Source: an uncultured bacterium
GTDB taxonomy: Bacteria; Patescibacteriota; Minisyncoccia; Phycocordibacterales; DATDWN01
DNA length: 64,000 nucleotides
NCBI GenBank assembly: GCA_963727715.1
Contig: CAVSGX010000004.1
Location: 8,455 to 72,454, forward strand
Direction of reading: 5' to 3'
The notes under the pieces were generated by a model. The model did not search any database. It was given only the letters and a program-made list of their open reading frames with translations, and was not told the DNA's origin. A program made the position numbers and the translations under genes. Below are positions 48,264 through 57,712 of this stretch, piece after piece (the first letter of the stretch is position 1; every line of letters begins with the position of its first letter).

Positions 48264-49526
48264 TTATTTCGCTTCAAGGGCCCCGGCGGTGTATTTATTG
48301 GACGCTGACCAAAGAAGCCACGAGGAAAGGCCCGAGTCGTTCACTGCTTTGATCTCAGCCGAAACTTCGGTCGGACCGTAATCCATAGTTAAACCGAAAT
48401 CTTGTAACCAAGGGCGCAACTTCTCGGCTGTGCTGGCAAAATCACTGGTGGAACTGGCTAGATTTTTTTCACGAGCAACGGCTGATTGCATAGCGTAAGA
48501 AACGATTTGATACGGATACTGTTCCGGATTTTTGAAACCGTCAAAGTTTTTAGAGTAATGGGATGGATAAACCATAGGCGAGACATAATCAAAATACGGC
48601 AAGGCATTGATTAAAACCTGCCCGATACCCATATCGTCATTGGCTGTCGTGGTTTCCCCGAAAAGATCGGCTGAAATTTTCAGAGCCGACGCTTTGGTCG
48701 GCTCCCCGACCTTCGATTTTGCAATCAAAGCGTCGGGGACGCCATCTTTTTGTGGCGTGCCGTCATTTTCGGCCAGACGGTCGCGCAAATAGCTGAAAAA
48801 ATTTTTCAAAATTTCAGTTTTCGGGGTGCTCGTGCTGAACGGATAGGAAATGTCTTGCATATTTCCATCGGATGGAAAACGAATATAATCAAAATTAACC
48901 TCATCAAAACCAATGGCTCGCGCTTGTCTGGCCAGCGAAACAATGTAATCCCAATACTCTGGCGCGCCCGGATCAATCCAAGAAATACCTTTGTTATCTT
49001 TCCAAACAGCCGTACCAGCTAAATTTTTGACAGCTAGGTCAGGACGAACTTTAACGAAGTAAGCGTCTTGAAAAACAGCAATGCGGGCAATGGCGTAGAT
49101 GCCGTTTTGGTGGAGCTCCGCCACAAAATTTTGCATATCCGGCACGCGATCATCCTCGGAACCGTAAGCTTTCAATTTTGGATCGCTGATCGGAAAAAAT
49201 ATTTTGCCGGAATAATCCTTGATATCAATAACCAAAGTATTGAGTTCAGTATCGTCAATCAACTTAACCAACGGCTCTCGCAAACTTTTGTCCGAAGCTG
49301 TCCAGCTAGTCATATAAATTCCCTTGACCGGATCCGGTGTCGGCACATATGACGGCAGAAAAATTTTAGCTGGCGCTTGGACAACTGAAGTGGAGGAAGT
49401 GGTGACGCCAATAGAATTAAAAACAAAATGTCGGCTAAAAATCTGCGGAAGATAAAAACAAAAAACAACCAAAAAAAGGACGACACAAAATATGATTACC
49501 TGCCTGTGTCGCGATAAAAAGTTCAT
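48264..49526 (-). CDS. Putative TIM-barrel glycoside-hydrolase-like protein (DUF4015/GHL family) with N-terminal TM anchor
   Basis: 'GIYMTSWTASDKS...LNTLVIDIKDYSGKIFF...WIDPGAPEYWDY'. It contains an intragenic copy of the twin-hairpin repeat. Confidence 0.45.
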   Translation of the reverse strand: MNFLSRHRQVIIFCVVLFLVVFCFYLPQIFSRHFVFNSIGVTTSSTSVVQAPAKIFLPSYVPTPDPVKGIYMTSWTASDKSLREPLVKLIDDTELNTLVIDIKDYSGKIFFPISDPKLKAYGSEDDRVPDMQNFVAELHQNGIYAIARIAVFQDAYFVKVRPDLAVKNLAGTAVWKDNKGISWIDPGAPEYWDYIVSLARQARAIGFDEVNFDYIRFPSDGNMQDISYPFSTSTPKTEILKNFFSYLRDRLAENDGTPQKDGVPDALIAKSKVGEPTKASALKISADLFGETTTANDDMGIGQVLINALPYFDYVSPMVYPSHYSKNFDGFKNPEQYPYQIVSYAMQSAVAREKNLASSTSDFASTAEKLRPWLQDFGLTMDYGPTEVSAEIKAVNDSGLSSWLLWSASNKYTAGALEAK

Positions 49527-49543
49527 ATTATTTTCAAAAAATT

Positions 49544-49849
49544 TTAGAGTTGTTTGTCCTGGTTAGAAATTTCAGTGATCGTTTCAACTGTATCAGGTTT
49601 CGGTTCGGGTTTAGGTAAAATCTCCTCTCTCATCTCCGGTGCGCTTTCGCTCCAAATTGGAGTGATTTTTTCTCGGCGACGGCGAGGAATATTGTGACGG
49701 GGCAGAGAAAATTTAACCGAGAGTAAAATCAAACAGAGGCCGGAGATAACAGCCAAAAAAGTTCGGCCGGATGACGGCAAACCGAAAAAAGGAATGAGAA
49801 AAATAAATATCCCCAGAAAAAATGTTTTGTTGTTTTTTATCATATACAA
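49544..49849 (-). CDS. Small membrane protein, hypothetical
   Basis: Two hydrophobic helices and an Arg-rich loop. Confidence 0.35.
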   Translation of the reverse strand: MYMIKNNKTFFLGIFIFLIPFFGLPSSGRTFLAVISGLCLILLSVKFSLPRHNIPRRRREKITPIWSESAPEMREEILPKPEPKPDTVETITEISNQDKQL

Positions 49850-49971
49850 ATCTTAATATAAAAATGTGAAAATGAAAAGCTGATAGATATAAAAAGAAAG
49901 GCCCGGCGCTTGCGCACCAGGCCAGGATTCTTCGGGTCCCAACCGCCTCTCGTGAGAGAGGAAAGAACGAA

Positions 49972-50763
49972 CTAGACCGCGGCCGGCTCCTCAACTTCGG
50001 CGTCGTCGCCCGTCCAGCCGGCTCTCTCCAGGGCCGTTGCCATGATGGCAGTGCCATTGGGACCCGCTGGGTAACTCGCGTCTTCCTGGGCGACCGCCCC
50101 CGGCGAAGTGAATTTGCTGTCCGGGAATGGCTTCTTGTGACCGCCGCCACGTTGGTTGCTGGACGAATTCGGCAGGTGGTATTTGCCCTTGTTGTGAACG
50201 CTGTCCACCAGGCCCCACAGACTGTCGTCCGATTCCATCCGGTCGGCGTAAGCCAACTTGAGGAAACCGGCGATGTTCTTGAATTCATCTTCGCCGGCGC
50301 CGAGACCGAGAAGAGCGGCCAGAAGTCCCTGAACGGCGTAGAAGAAGTCTTCCGTGTCGCCGTGCGCCTTGGTCCATTCCGGCGCCTGCCAGGTCGGTTT
50401 CGCGAAGTCGTCCGAGAGTAGTCGATGGAGATAGATATCTCCGATTTCCTGGCGGTCGGTCAGCCTGATGAACTCCGGAATCGCCCCGACCCACAAACGG
50501 TTCGGGAACTTCGTGACGAATCTCACGGCAGCATCGACGCCCGCCGGGCACTCGATGGCCGCGAAGATCGTCTCAGTGCTCGTCATCACATCGGCCAACC
50601 TGACTGTGCCGGCGACGAGCCGGTCAAGGATAGAAACAGCCTCGACCGAGCGCCTCTCCCGATGTCGGAGGCTAGTAGCCTCCAAGGTCTCCTTGACAGC
50701 TTCATTTGGAGGCGGCATGACAGTGGCAGCCGCCTTAATCCTGCGGAGCAAATTCAATCCCAT
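49972..50763 (-). CDS. Hypothetical protein in a conspicuously high-GC island (likely horizontally acquired)
   Basis: The 263-aa ORF has roughly twice the local GC and an Ala/Arg/Gly/Pro-rich composition unlike its neighbours. Confidence 0.5.
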   Translation of the reverse strand: MGLNLLRRIKAAATVMPPPNEAVKETLEATSLRHRERRSVEAVSILDRLVAGTVRLADVMTSTETIFAAIECPAGVDAAVRFVTKFPNRLWVGAIPEFIRLTDRQEIGDIYLHRLLSDDFAKPTWQAPEWTKAHGDTEDFFYAVQGLLAALLGLGAGEDEFKNIAGFLKLAYADRMESDDSLWGLVDSVHNKGKYHLPNSSSNQRGGGHKKPFPDSKFTSPGAVAQEDASYPAGPNGTAIMATALERAGWTGDDAEVEEPAAV

Positions 50764-50937
50764 AAAAACCTCTTCTCCTCCATTTAGCCTAGGAGGTCGG
50801 CATTTTTCGAGGATCGTGCCTTTGGTTTAAACCTCCAGCATTCCGCAGATAAGTATACACCTTTTAATAATTTTGTCAAGCACATTTTTGGCCATATTTT
50901 AAGCCACTTTTTTAAGCATAAAAAATTACCTATTTAT

Positions 50938-50978
50938 TTTTCCAAAAAAAATCCTGTGGCGTGTGGCCAGCAGGATTA
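50938..50978 (-). terminator. Rho-independent terminator (minus strand) after ORF 50986..51513
   Basis: Hairpin 'AATCCTG...CAGGATT' followed by T8 on the minus strand. Confidence 0.5.
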
Positions 50979-50985
50979 TCAAGAA

Positions 50986-51513
50986 CTATTGCTTTTTATA
51001 CAACTTTTCCTTCACATGACTGTAGACTTCATCGCTCAATCGAAACTCTCCCATAAGATACGAGGCGATTTCCTTGGCGAATCTGACCATGGCCGGCCGC
51101 TCGAGATCCCAATCTGTGAAGGTGTGACAATTTGGATTTCTCTTACCGTCAGCGTCAAGAGTAACATCAACGAATGCTACATTTCTACAGAGAGAAAAAA
51201 TGAAATCGGTGCCGTAGAAATAATCCATCGGCGTACCGAAGGCAGTCAAAAGCCTGAGATGACGACGCAGTCTTTTTGGCAAATGCTGTTTGACTTCGAC
51301 AAACACTTGCCAGAAGAAAGCGTTGTTTTCTTTCAAAGCATTCTGATCGGCATTGCGAGCTAGGACTAAATTAATTGTCTCCACCATAGCGGTGGGGAAA
51401 TCAAAACGTTGGCTGTCTGGCCCATATGCCACCCAGCCGGTATCTACGGAAGAAAAACCCCCACAAAACCTTTCAAAATCATATCCGGTTCGAAATGACT
51501 GTCTCGTTTGCAC
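50986..51513 (-). CDS. Hypothetical protein
   Basis: 175-aa ORF followed by a terminator. Intermediate GC. Confidence 0.45.
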   Translation of the reverse strand: MQTRQSFRTGYDFERFCGGFSSVDTGWVAYGPDSQRFDFPTAMVETINLVLARNADQNALKENNAFFWQVFVEVKQHLPKRLRRHLRLLTAFGTPMDYFYGTDFIFSLCRNVAFVDVTLDADGKRNPNCHTFTDWDLERPAMVRFAKEIASYLMGEFRLSDEVYSHVKEKLYKKQ

Positions 51514-51558
51514 ATTTGGACTCCTCTGCTACTATATAAGCATAAAGCAAAAATAAAG

Positions 51559-52596
51559 TCAACTGATTTGCAAGTTTGGCAAAAGTTCCCTGTCTCGCTC
51601 CGTTTCTTCAATAATTTTTGCCATATCTGCCACTACTTCCAAGGGGTACTTGCCAACGGCCGTTTCTTCGGAGAGCATGACTGCTTCAGCGCCATCCAAA
51701 ACGGCATTGGCCACATCAGAAACTTCGGCCCGAGTCGGTCTTTCGTTTTCCACCATTGATTCCATCATTTGAGTGGCGATGATTGTCGGTTTACTGACCT
51801 CGTTGCATTTTCCGGTGATCATTTTTTGAACGAACGGCACTTTTTCAAAAGGAATCTCCACGGCCAAGTCTCCGCGAGCCACCATTATGGAGTCCGAAGC
51901 GGAAATAATTTCGTCTATGTTCTCCACAGCTTGTGGTGTTTCTATTTTGGCGATGATTTTAGCTTGGCACCCGCGCTCTTCTAGAATTTTCCGTAATCCT
52001 AAAATATCCGAAGCTCTGCGAACAAAAGATACGGCCACAAAATCAACTTTGTTTTTTATACCGAACTCCAAACTGGCCAAATCTTTTTCGGTCAGAGCAT
52101 TAACCGAAAGTTCCGAGCCAGGCAGGTTGAGCCCCTTTCTGCTTTTGACTTCCCCGCCGATTAAAACTTTGCAGACGACATCATTGTCTTTGATTCCCGA
52201 GACTTCCAATTTTATTCTGCCATCGTCAATATAAATAAAATCGCCCGGAGAAACTTCTTTCGGCAAGAATGGGTAATTGACCGAAACACGGTTTTGGTCG
52301 CCTTGGCACTGGTCCGTGGTCAGAGTAAACATTTTTCCTTCTTTCAAACAAACAGTGTCGGATCCGAAATTGCCGATGCGGATTTTTGGCCCGGGCAAAT
52401 CCTGAATGACCCCGGCGACAATGCCGGTGTTTTTTACAGCTGTTTGAATATTGTCAAAGCGTTTTTGTTGCTCATCTATATCGGCTTGAGAAAAGTTGAG
52501 ACGAAAAATATTAGCTCCAGCTTTGAGCAATTCTTCAAGCATCTCCACATCTCTGGTTGATGGACCAATGGTGACAATAATTTTAGTTTTTCTCAT
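51559..52596 (-). CDS. pyk: Pyruvate kinase (compact form; start at internal Met of the longer ORF)
   Basis: '[36 protein letters not shown]'. Confidence 0.85.
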   Translation of the reverse strand: MRKTKIIVTIGPSTRDVEMLEELLKAGANIFRLNFSQADIDEQQKRFDNIQTAVKNTGIVAGVIQDLPGPKIRIGNFGSDTVCLKEGKMFTLTTDQCQGDQNRVSVNYPFLPKEVSPGDFIYIDDGRIKLEVSGIKDNDVVCKVLIGGEVKSRKGLNLPGSELSVNALTEKDLASLEFGIKNKVDFVAVSFVRRASDILGLRKILEERGCQAKIIAKIETPQAVENIDEIISASDSIMVARGDLAVEIPFEKVPFVQKMITGKCNEVSKPTIIATQMMESMVENERPTRAEVSDVANAVLDGAEAVMLSEETAVGKYPLEVVADMAKIIEETERDRELLPNLQIS

Positions 52597-52672
52597 TACA
52601 AATATAATACAGGAAAACGGGAAGAAAGAGAAATGGAAATAATCTGTTTTACACAAAACAAAAGCCAGTTGT

Positions 52673-53281
52673 TTAGAGCAACTGGCAAATTTTTGGGGTT
52701 CTTTGTTTTTGCGTCATTCGGTACGCATCGACAATAAAACCCAAAGAAATTATTTGTTGAACGAAAAGCCATGGGTAGTTTTCTATATACATCAGCCACC
52801 CACAAGCAACGTGCATAAGAACATACCAGAGATATCCGCCAGACCGCTCTTTGGCAAGCATGTATGTGCCTATAAGAAAACCTGACACAAGCCCAACCTC
52901 CAGCCATTGATTAACAGTTTTGAGCCCACCGAAATCATATAGACTGTAAGTGAACCCAAGTGCAATGCAAATGACAGCAAGGTGATCAAGCCAACGTGGT
53001 GGTTTTTTAGTTATGCCACGAATAGCAATCACTAAACCCAGCACCATTGCTGGAGCTCCACTTGTTTCTACTGAAGCGGCGATCCAGTTTCGCTCCTTCA
53101 CAAAAATAATCACCCATGGAGGTAAACCAATAAGATACACTGCCCATGAGGCGATTTTCCAATTCCGCTTTTTCCCTATATCACCCCGATTGTGGGCATG
53201 TTCCGAAAATGAGAAAAAAATCTTATTGAGAAGATAAAATATCCCCCCAAGGTACTGTAACAGCAAAACACCCCTAGCCAC
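52673..53281 (-). CDS. Multi-TM membrane protein, PnuC-like nicotinamide riboside transporter family (tentative)
   Basis: Seven or eight TM segments with Trp-rich loops. Confidence 0.35.
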   Translation of the reverse strand: MARGVLLLQYLGGIFYLLNKIFFSFSEHAHNRGDIGKKRNWKIASWAVYLIGLPPWVIIFVKERNWIAASVETSGAPAMVLGLVIAIRGITKKPPRWLDHLAVICIALGFTYSLYDFGGLKTVNQWLEVGLVSGFLIGTYMLAKERSGGYLWYVLMHVACGWLMYIENYPWLFVQQIISLGFIVDAYRMTQKQRTPKICQLL

Positions 53282-54296
53282 CTTTGAAGTAGGACAGTTA
53301 GAATTAATGCATTAGTCGAAAATTAATTTTAATTGTCATATGAAAAACAAATATCATCATTTGTCTTTTGAAGAGAGGTTTTGTATTGAAAAGATGTATT
53401 GCGCCGGTTCGGCCATTCGCAAAATTGCCGAATTTCTCGGTCGGAGTGTCAACACTGTGAGCAGAGAAATACAAAAACACAGTGTTAATGGGGTGTATGA
53501 AGCGGAAAAAGCCAAGCAGAAAGTTTCAATGAAAAGATGGCGAGCCAAACAGCAGTGTCTGAAAGTGGCGCTTGACCCGTTTCTCTGTCGATTCGTGGTG
53601 GAACGATTAACCAAGCCGTATCATTGGTCGCCGAAGCAGATTAGCGGGTATCTTGAATGTGAAATGGGTATCATCTGCTCGGCCAAAGCCATATACAAAT
53701 TTGCCGAGTCGAGAGGTCTAAACCACCTGCTTTTTTGGGGTTGGAACAATCACAAGGGTGGGAGAAAACGAAATCATTGGAAGCACATTCAGGATGGCAG
53801 GAAGTATATTGATGTCAGACCGGAGAGAAAAGGTCTAGGACACATTGAGCTCGATTTCATCGTTTCCAAAGACAGTTCGTGGGTACTTTTGGTTGCTGTG
53901 GATTGGCAAGCCAAAAGAACATGGGTCAGGAAACTGCCCAACAGAAAACGCGACACTATTCGTGCCGCGCTTTCCCGTCTGTTCCATGGTGTTGAATTGA
54001 AGAGCATCACCACAGACAACGATATTGCATTCACCTGTTGGAAAGAGTTGGAAACTCTCCTGCAAGTGCCAATCTATTTTACACATCCATACCATTCTTG
54101 GGAAAAAGGTCTGGTGGAAAACACCAACAGATGGATCAGATGTTTTGTGCCTAAACGAAGAGATATTGAGTCAGTCACTGAGGAAGAATTGCAAGAAATA
54201 CATTCCTTCCTAAACAACCGACCGAGAGAAGTGATTGGCTTCCGCGCGCCAATGAGTTATTATTCAAACATTAGTTCTGTCCTACTTGAGGGGTAA
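53281..54296 (+). mobile_element. IS30-family insertion sequence
   Basis: Terminal inverted repeats of ~17 bp ('AAGTAGGACAG', at 53287-53297 and inverted at 54277-54287) flank a single transposase ORF. Confidence 0.7.
53340..54296 (+). CDS. IS30-family DDE transposase
   Basis: N-terminal HTH 'IRKIAEFLGRSVNTVSREI' and 'HSWEKGLVENTNRWIRCFVPKRRDI'. Confidence 0.85.
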   Translation: MKNKYHHLSFEERFCIEKMYCAGSAIRKIAEFLGRSVNTVSREIQKHSVNGVYEAEKAKQKVSMKRWRAKQQCLKVALDPFLCRFVVERLTKPYHWSPKQISGYLECEMGIICSAKAIYKFAESRGLNHLLFWGWNNHKGGRKRNHWKHIQDGRKYIDVRPERKGLGHIELDFIVSKDSSWVLLVAVDWQAKRTWVRKLPNRKRDTIRAALSRLFHGVELKSITTDNDIAFTCWKELETLLQVPIYFTHPYHSWEKGLVENTNRWIRCFVPKRRDIESVTEEELQEIHSFLNNRPREVIGFRAPMSYYSNISSVLLEG

Positions 54297-54353
54297 TTGG
54301 AGGACACACCTCCATTAAATAAAATATCACAATAAAATAATAAAGTCAAATTG

Positions 54354-54427
54354 TGCGCGTGCCAGGACTCGAACCTGGGACCTCGTCATTATCAGTGACG
54401 TGCTCTAGCCACCTGAGCTACACGCGC
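54354..54427 (-). tRNA. tRNA-Ile (anticodon GAT), no encoded CCA
   Basis: Minus-strand 'GCGCGTGTAGCTCAGGTGGCTAGAGCACGTCACTGATAATGACGAGGTCCCAGGTTCGAGTCCTGGCACGCGCA' forms a cloverleaf with anticodon loop CUGAUAA. Confidence 0.9.
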
Positions 54428-54496
54428 GTATTTCAGAAAAATATAACAAAAAAAACGTTTTTAAGCAAACAAAAAAGGTCAGAGGGGACAAGCCCT

Positions 54497-54721
54497 CTAA
54501 CCCCGAGAATAAGGATGATTTTCCTTTTTCAAAATCTTGTATTCTAAAAAACCATAACCAAAAAGCAAAATGAGACAAACAATGAAAAAGATAAGCGACC
54601 GAAGTGGCTCCTTGGGATCGATGGGTTCCAATTTGTTTGGGAATCCTATACAAACCACAACACAAATCGCCACCGCTAGTAAAATCGGTATTCTGATTTT
54701 TTTTAGTGTACTAAGACTCAT
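54497..54721 (-). CDS. Small 2-TM membrane protein encoded in the 16S-tRNA-Ile spacer (74 aa from ATG at 54721)
   Basis: 'GGAGGT' lies 7 nt upstream of the ATG. Upstream are -35 'TTGACT' and an extended -10 'TGATATAGT'. It is on the same strand as the rRNA. Confidence 0.4.
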   Translation of the reverse strand: MSLSTLKKIRIPILLAVAICVVVCIGFPNKLEPIDPKEPLRSLIFFIVCLILLFGYGFLEYKILKKENHPYSRG

Positions 54722-55170
54722 AGGTGAACCTCCACATAGAACTATATCATACTTTGTCCACAAAAGTCAAGTATAAATTTTTATACGAAAAAACCACTTT
54801 GTTTAGCGGTTTTTTCGAGCTATAAGCCGACGCTTCGGTCGGCTCCCCGACCGCAACGTCGGGGTTGTCCTTTATTTTGTTCCGTTCACCCGAGTCTTTC
54901 CTCGGTGTCAAACTGTTTTAGGACGCACAGTCATCGTCCATTGTCTGCTCAATTGAGGCAGGCAATATCGACTCAATCGTTCGACACATTCTAGGAACGC
55001 GCCGGACTTCTCGATCAGAGACCGAGAGTTTTTCAAATTGAATTATTCCACGACCAGCTTCCGCTAGCCGTGCCTTGTTACGACTTAGTCTTTGTCATTG
55101 AGCTTACCTTGGTGCCGCAAAAACGACGCTTCGGGTATTCCCAACTCCCCTGACTTGACGGGCGGATTTC

Positions 55171-55864
55171 GATAACTTTCGTTTCAGGTTCCCTGAAGTT
55201 TTTAACTTCACCATATCGCTTCCCGTTATTCACGACTTTGGACGTAGCGAGCGGATTTCCCGCACTACGCGAGTTCGATAGTTTCTAGAACTAACGATTT
55301 TGTCCTTCATTTTGTTTTTCAACAAAACTACTACGACGCAGCTGACTTCCAGCACTAATTTTTGGAGTCAAGATTTTCACTTGACAAACACATTTTTTTC
55401 TTATTATTTCATAGGAGGTACTTCGTATGCACATATTTGAGGTTTTTGTATGTGTTGTTTTGGCAATCATGTTTCTTCCTTTGCCAATTTTCTTTTTGCG
55501 TTTTATTGCTTGTATAATAACTGATGCTGATTAAATCTAATCAGTTATTAGTCGACTTGAGTGATTTTGTCAAATCACTCTTTTCTTTTTCCAAAAATTA
55601 GTGCTGGATCTCCCAGGGTCATTTATATTTCTGTTCCAAACATCCGAATCGAGATTTTCGATAAGATTTATCGTGTGCTTCCTTCTGACTCACCGCAGAA
55701 GTCGCACATCTCTTTTTTTTGATTCGGCTGCTCTTTGCTACTAGGATCCTTCAGTCCAGTCATTGCTGATTGTGGACCTACCCGTTCGCTATTTTCACAC
55801 TCCTGTGAAAAGTTGGATTTGAACCAACTAGATATATAAACTGCCTGGCGCATTTTATTCTGAG
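55171..55864 (-). other. ~0.7-kb insertion (putative intron) in 16S after 'CTTGTAC' (E. coli ~1395), no homing endonuclease ORF
   Basis: The exon breaks after CTTGTAC and resumes at '...ATCCGCCCGTCAAGTCAGGGGAG'. Confidence 0.6.
55351..55605 (+). mobile_element. IR-flanked mini-element copy A (terminal IR 'AGCACTAATTTTTGGA') carrying an SD-led 35-aa hydrophobic ORF (55427..55534) and a terminator, antisense to the 16S
   Basis: Terminal inverted repeats at 55351-55372 and 55585-55605. 'ATAGGAGGTACTTCGT-ATG'. ORF 'MHIFEVFVCVVLAIMFLPLPIFFLRFIACIITDAD'. Hairpin plus 'TTTTCTTTTT'. Confidence 0.55.
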
Positions 55865-56099
55865 TACAAGACTTGAGAACGTATTCACCGCGGTATGTCT
55901 GACCCGCGATTACTAGCAATTCCAACTTCATGGGGTCGAGTTTCAGCCCCCAATCTGAACTGGGGCGACTTTTCTAAGGATTGGCTCAGGGTTACCCCGT
56001 CGCAACCTGTTGTAGTCGCCATTGTATTATGTGTGTAGCCCAAGGTATCAAAGGGACATGCTGATCTGGCGTCATCCTCGCCTTCCTCCCAGCTCCAGT

Positions 56100-56215
56100 T
56101 GCGCAAGATGAACGAACTCGGTTAAGACCGAATACGGACATCGATGTTTGCACAGAGAGACATCTACTTATGATGTTCTTGTGCAACTGGAGCTGGGCAG
56201 TCTCGCCTGATACTT
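56100..56215 (-). other. rRNA expansion segment: ~100-nt extra hairpin between 16S positions ~1114 and ~1173
   Basis: Perfect 21-nt inverted repeat 'ccagctccagttgcgcaaga...tcttgtgcaactggagctggg' inserted between conserved blocks. Confidence 0.6.
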
Positions 56216-56425
56216 ATAACAGACAACGAGGGTTGCGTTCGTTACCCCACTTAAGGGAACAATTCAAATCACGAACTGACGACGACCATGCATCACCTGC
56301 CTAACTGTCCTTGTGGGACCGCAAACGTTTCTGCTTGCATTCAGTTAGGTTTCAAACCTTGGTAAGATTCTTCGTTTATCATCGAATTAAACCACATAAT
56401 CCACTGCTTGTGCAAGTCCCCGTCT

Positions 56426-56457
<32 letters not shown>

Positions 56458-56641
56458 ACCCAGGCGCTTGACTTAACGCGTTAGCTACGCCACGCAGAGG
56501 GTCGATACTCCGCATAGCTAGTCAAGATCGTTTAGGGCGTGGACTACTGGGGTCTTAATGTTACTTCAAAATTTTGGGAAATTTTGAGGCACAACATTTC
56601 TGTTGTACTCTGCATGTTGCCATGCAGTTCGGACTATATCT

Positions 56642-57403
56642 TTATCTGTATGTATTCCACTTAGCTTTTTTCTTTTCATATTCTGCTATTATGACAGATT
56701 CTGAAAAATTACTAAGAGAAACCATTTCAGATATCCAGCGTTCTTGAAATTGAGAGTTTTTATATAGAAGAATTGCTTTGGATAACATGCTCGATACTGG
56801 TATGTATGGCAGTATGATACGCAAGAATTTTTTTAATTCTTCTTGTGACCTAATCCATAACCGCCAGTATTGTTCTTGCTTCCCATCTTGCTTACGCCCG
56901 ACGGGGGCAACAATGGCACGAACATCCCAAACAACTTTAAGATAGCGAGCTAGCATTTCGACTGATTGTTTTGAAAAACCATCAGTACAAAACACACCTT
57001 TTCTGGCGCCGTAACCAATAAGCGAACCGTCATCACACCACCAAACGGCGAGTGATAACGCTGTCATTTGATTAAGCCACCTACGCTCTATAAGCAATTT
57101 ATTTTGTTTGTGAGTTAAATGATGAAGTTCTGTAAGAGATGAAGTTCGCCTACTGGCAAATCTCCATTTTTTGTTCTTACTGTATCCATCAGGTTCCTGC
57201 ACAAACACACTGCTATCTCCTGCTATCTCTTTGAGAGCTTGCGCTTTCCATAAGAGATAATCTTTCTGCATTTCCGAATGACGAATTTGTAAATTCGCAT
57301 TGAAATAATTTTTTTGGATTTTTAGCGAGCCGTCTCCAAGGATTGAACCGAAGATAATAGCTTTCGCTTCATCCGACAAAGGCACATATTTCGTATCATG
57401 CAT
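56642..57403 (-). CDS. LAGLIDADG homing endonuclease (intron-encoded)
   Basis: 'GSILGDGSL' is a LAGLIDADG motif. It is on the same strand as the rRNA and inside the insertion. Confidence 0.8.
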   Translation of the reverse strand: MHDTKYVPLSDEAKAIIFGSILGDGSLKIQKNYFNANLQIRHSEMQKDYLLWKAQALKEIAGDSSVFVQEPDGYSKNKKWRFASRRTSSLTELHHLTHKQNKLLIERRWLNQMTALSLAVWWCDDGSLIGYGARKGVFCTDGFSKQSVEMLARYLKVVWDVRAIVAPVGRKQDGKQEQYWRLWIRSQEELKKFLRIILPYIPVSSMLSKAILLYKNSQFQERWISEMVSLSNFSESVIIAEYEKKKAKWNTYR

Positions 57404-57480
57404 ATAATTTTAAGTTAATTGCACGACGACAGAATAGCACCAACTATCTTACTCAATTTCATAGTCTCTACGGGGTTTCT

Positions 57481-57712
57481 AGCACTAATTTTTGGAGTCA
57501 AGCTTTGACTTGACAAGATTCATTTTATGATTTAACATCAATTCCAGGAGATTAACTCGATGGAATTTATTATGATATTGATCTGTTTAGGAGTTTTTTG
57601 TTTGATCACAGATATGATGATAACTGTTGCTATTGATATCTGTGAATGGATCGATCATTACCTGCACCGGCTTTTATAGCGGTGCAGTTTTCTTTTTCCA
57701 AAAATTAGTGCT
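57481..57712 (+). mobile_element. IR-flanked mini-element copy B carrying an SD-led 39-aa hydrophobic ORF (57560..57679) and a terminator, antisense to the 16S
   Basis: Same termini as copy A (57481-57502 and 57692-57712). 'CCAGGAGATTAACTCG-ATG'. ORF 'MEFIMILICLGVFCLITDMMITVAIDICEWIDHYLHRLL'. The stop codon sits in a terminator hairpin followed by 'TTTTCTTTTT'. Confidence 0.55.

Noticed and set aside
49915-49975. tRNA fragment or att site at the edge of the high-GC island
   Set aside because: A 'cctctcgtgagagagg' hairpin is present. No T-arm or acceptor-stem pattern could be reconstructed.
53281-54296. Target-site duplication flanking the IS30 element
   Set aside because: No convincing short direct repeat is seen immediately outside the proposed inverted repeats. 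The boundary calls (about 53281/53287 and 54287/54296) remain approximate.
54431-55040. tRNA-Ala or 23S rRNA between the 16S and the IS30 element
   Set aside because: Only tRNA-Ile(GAT) forms a cloverleaf. No 23S landmark sequences occur in the window.
55668-56186. Track ORFs 55668..55931, 55885..56106, 55992..56186 (and 58191..58379, 58286..58474)
   Set aside because: They lie entirely within conserved 16S rRNA exon or intron sequence and are read-through artefacts of the six-frame translation.
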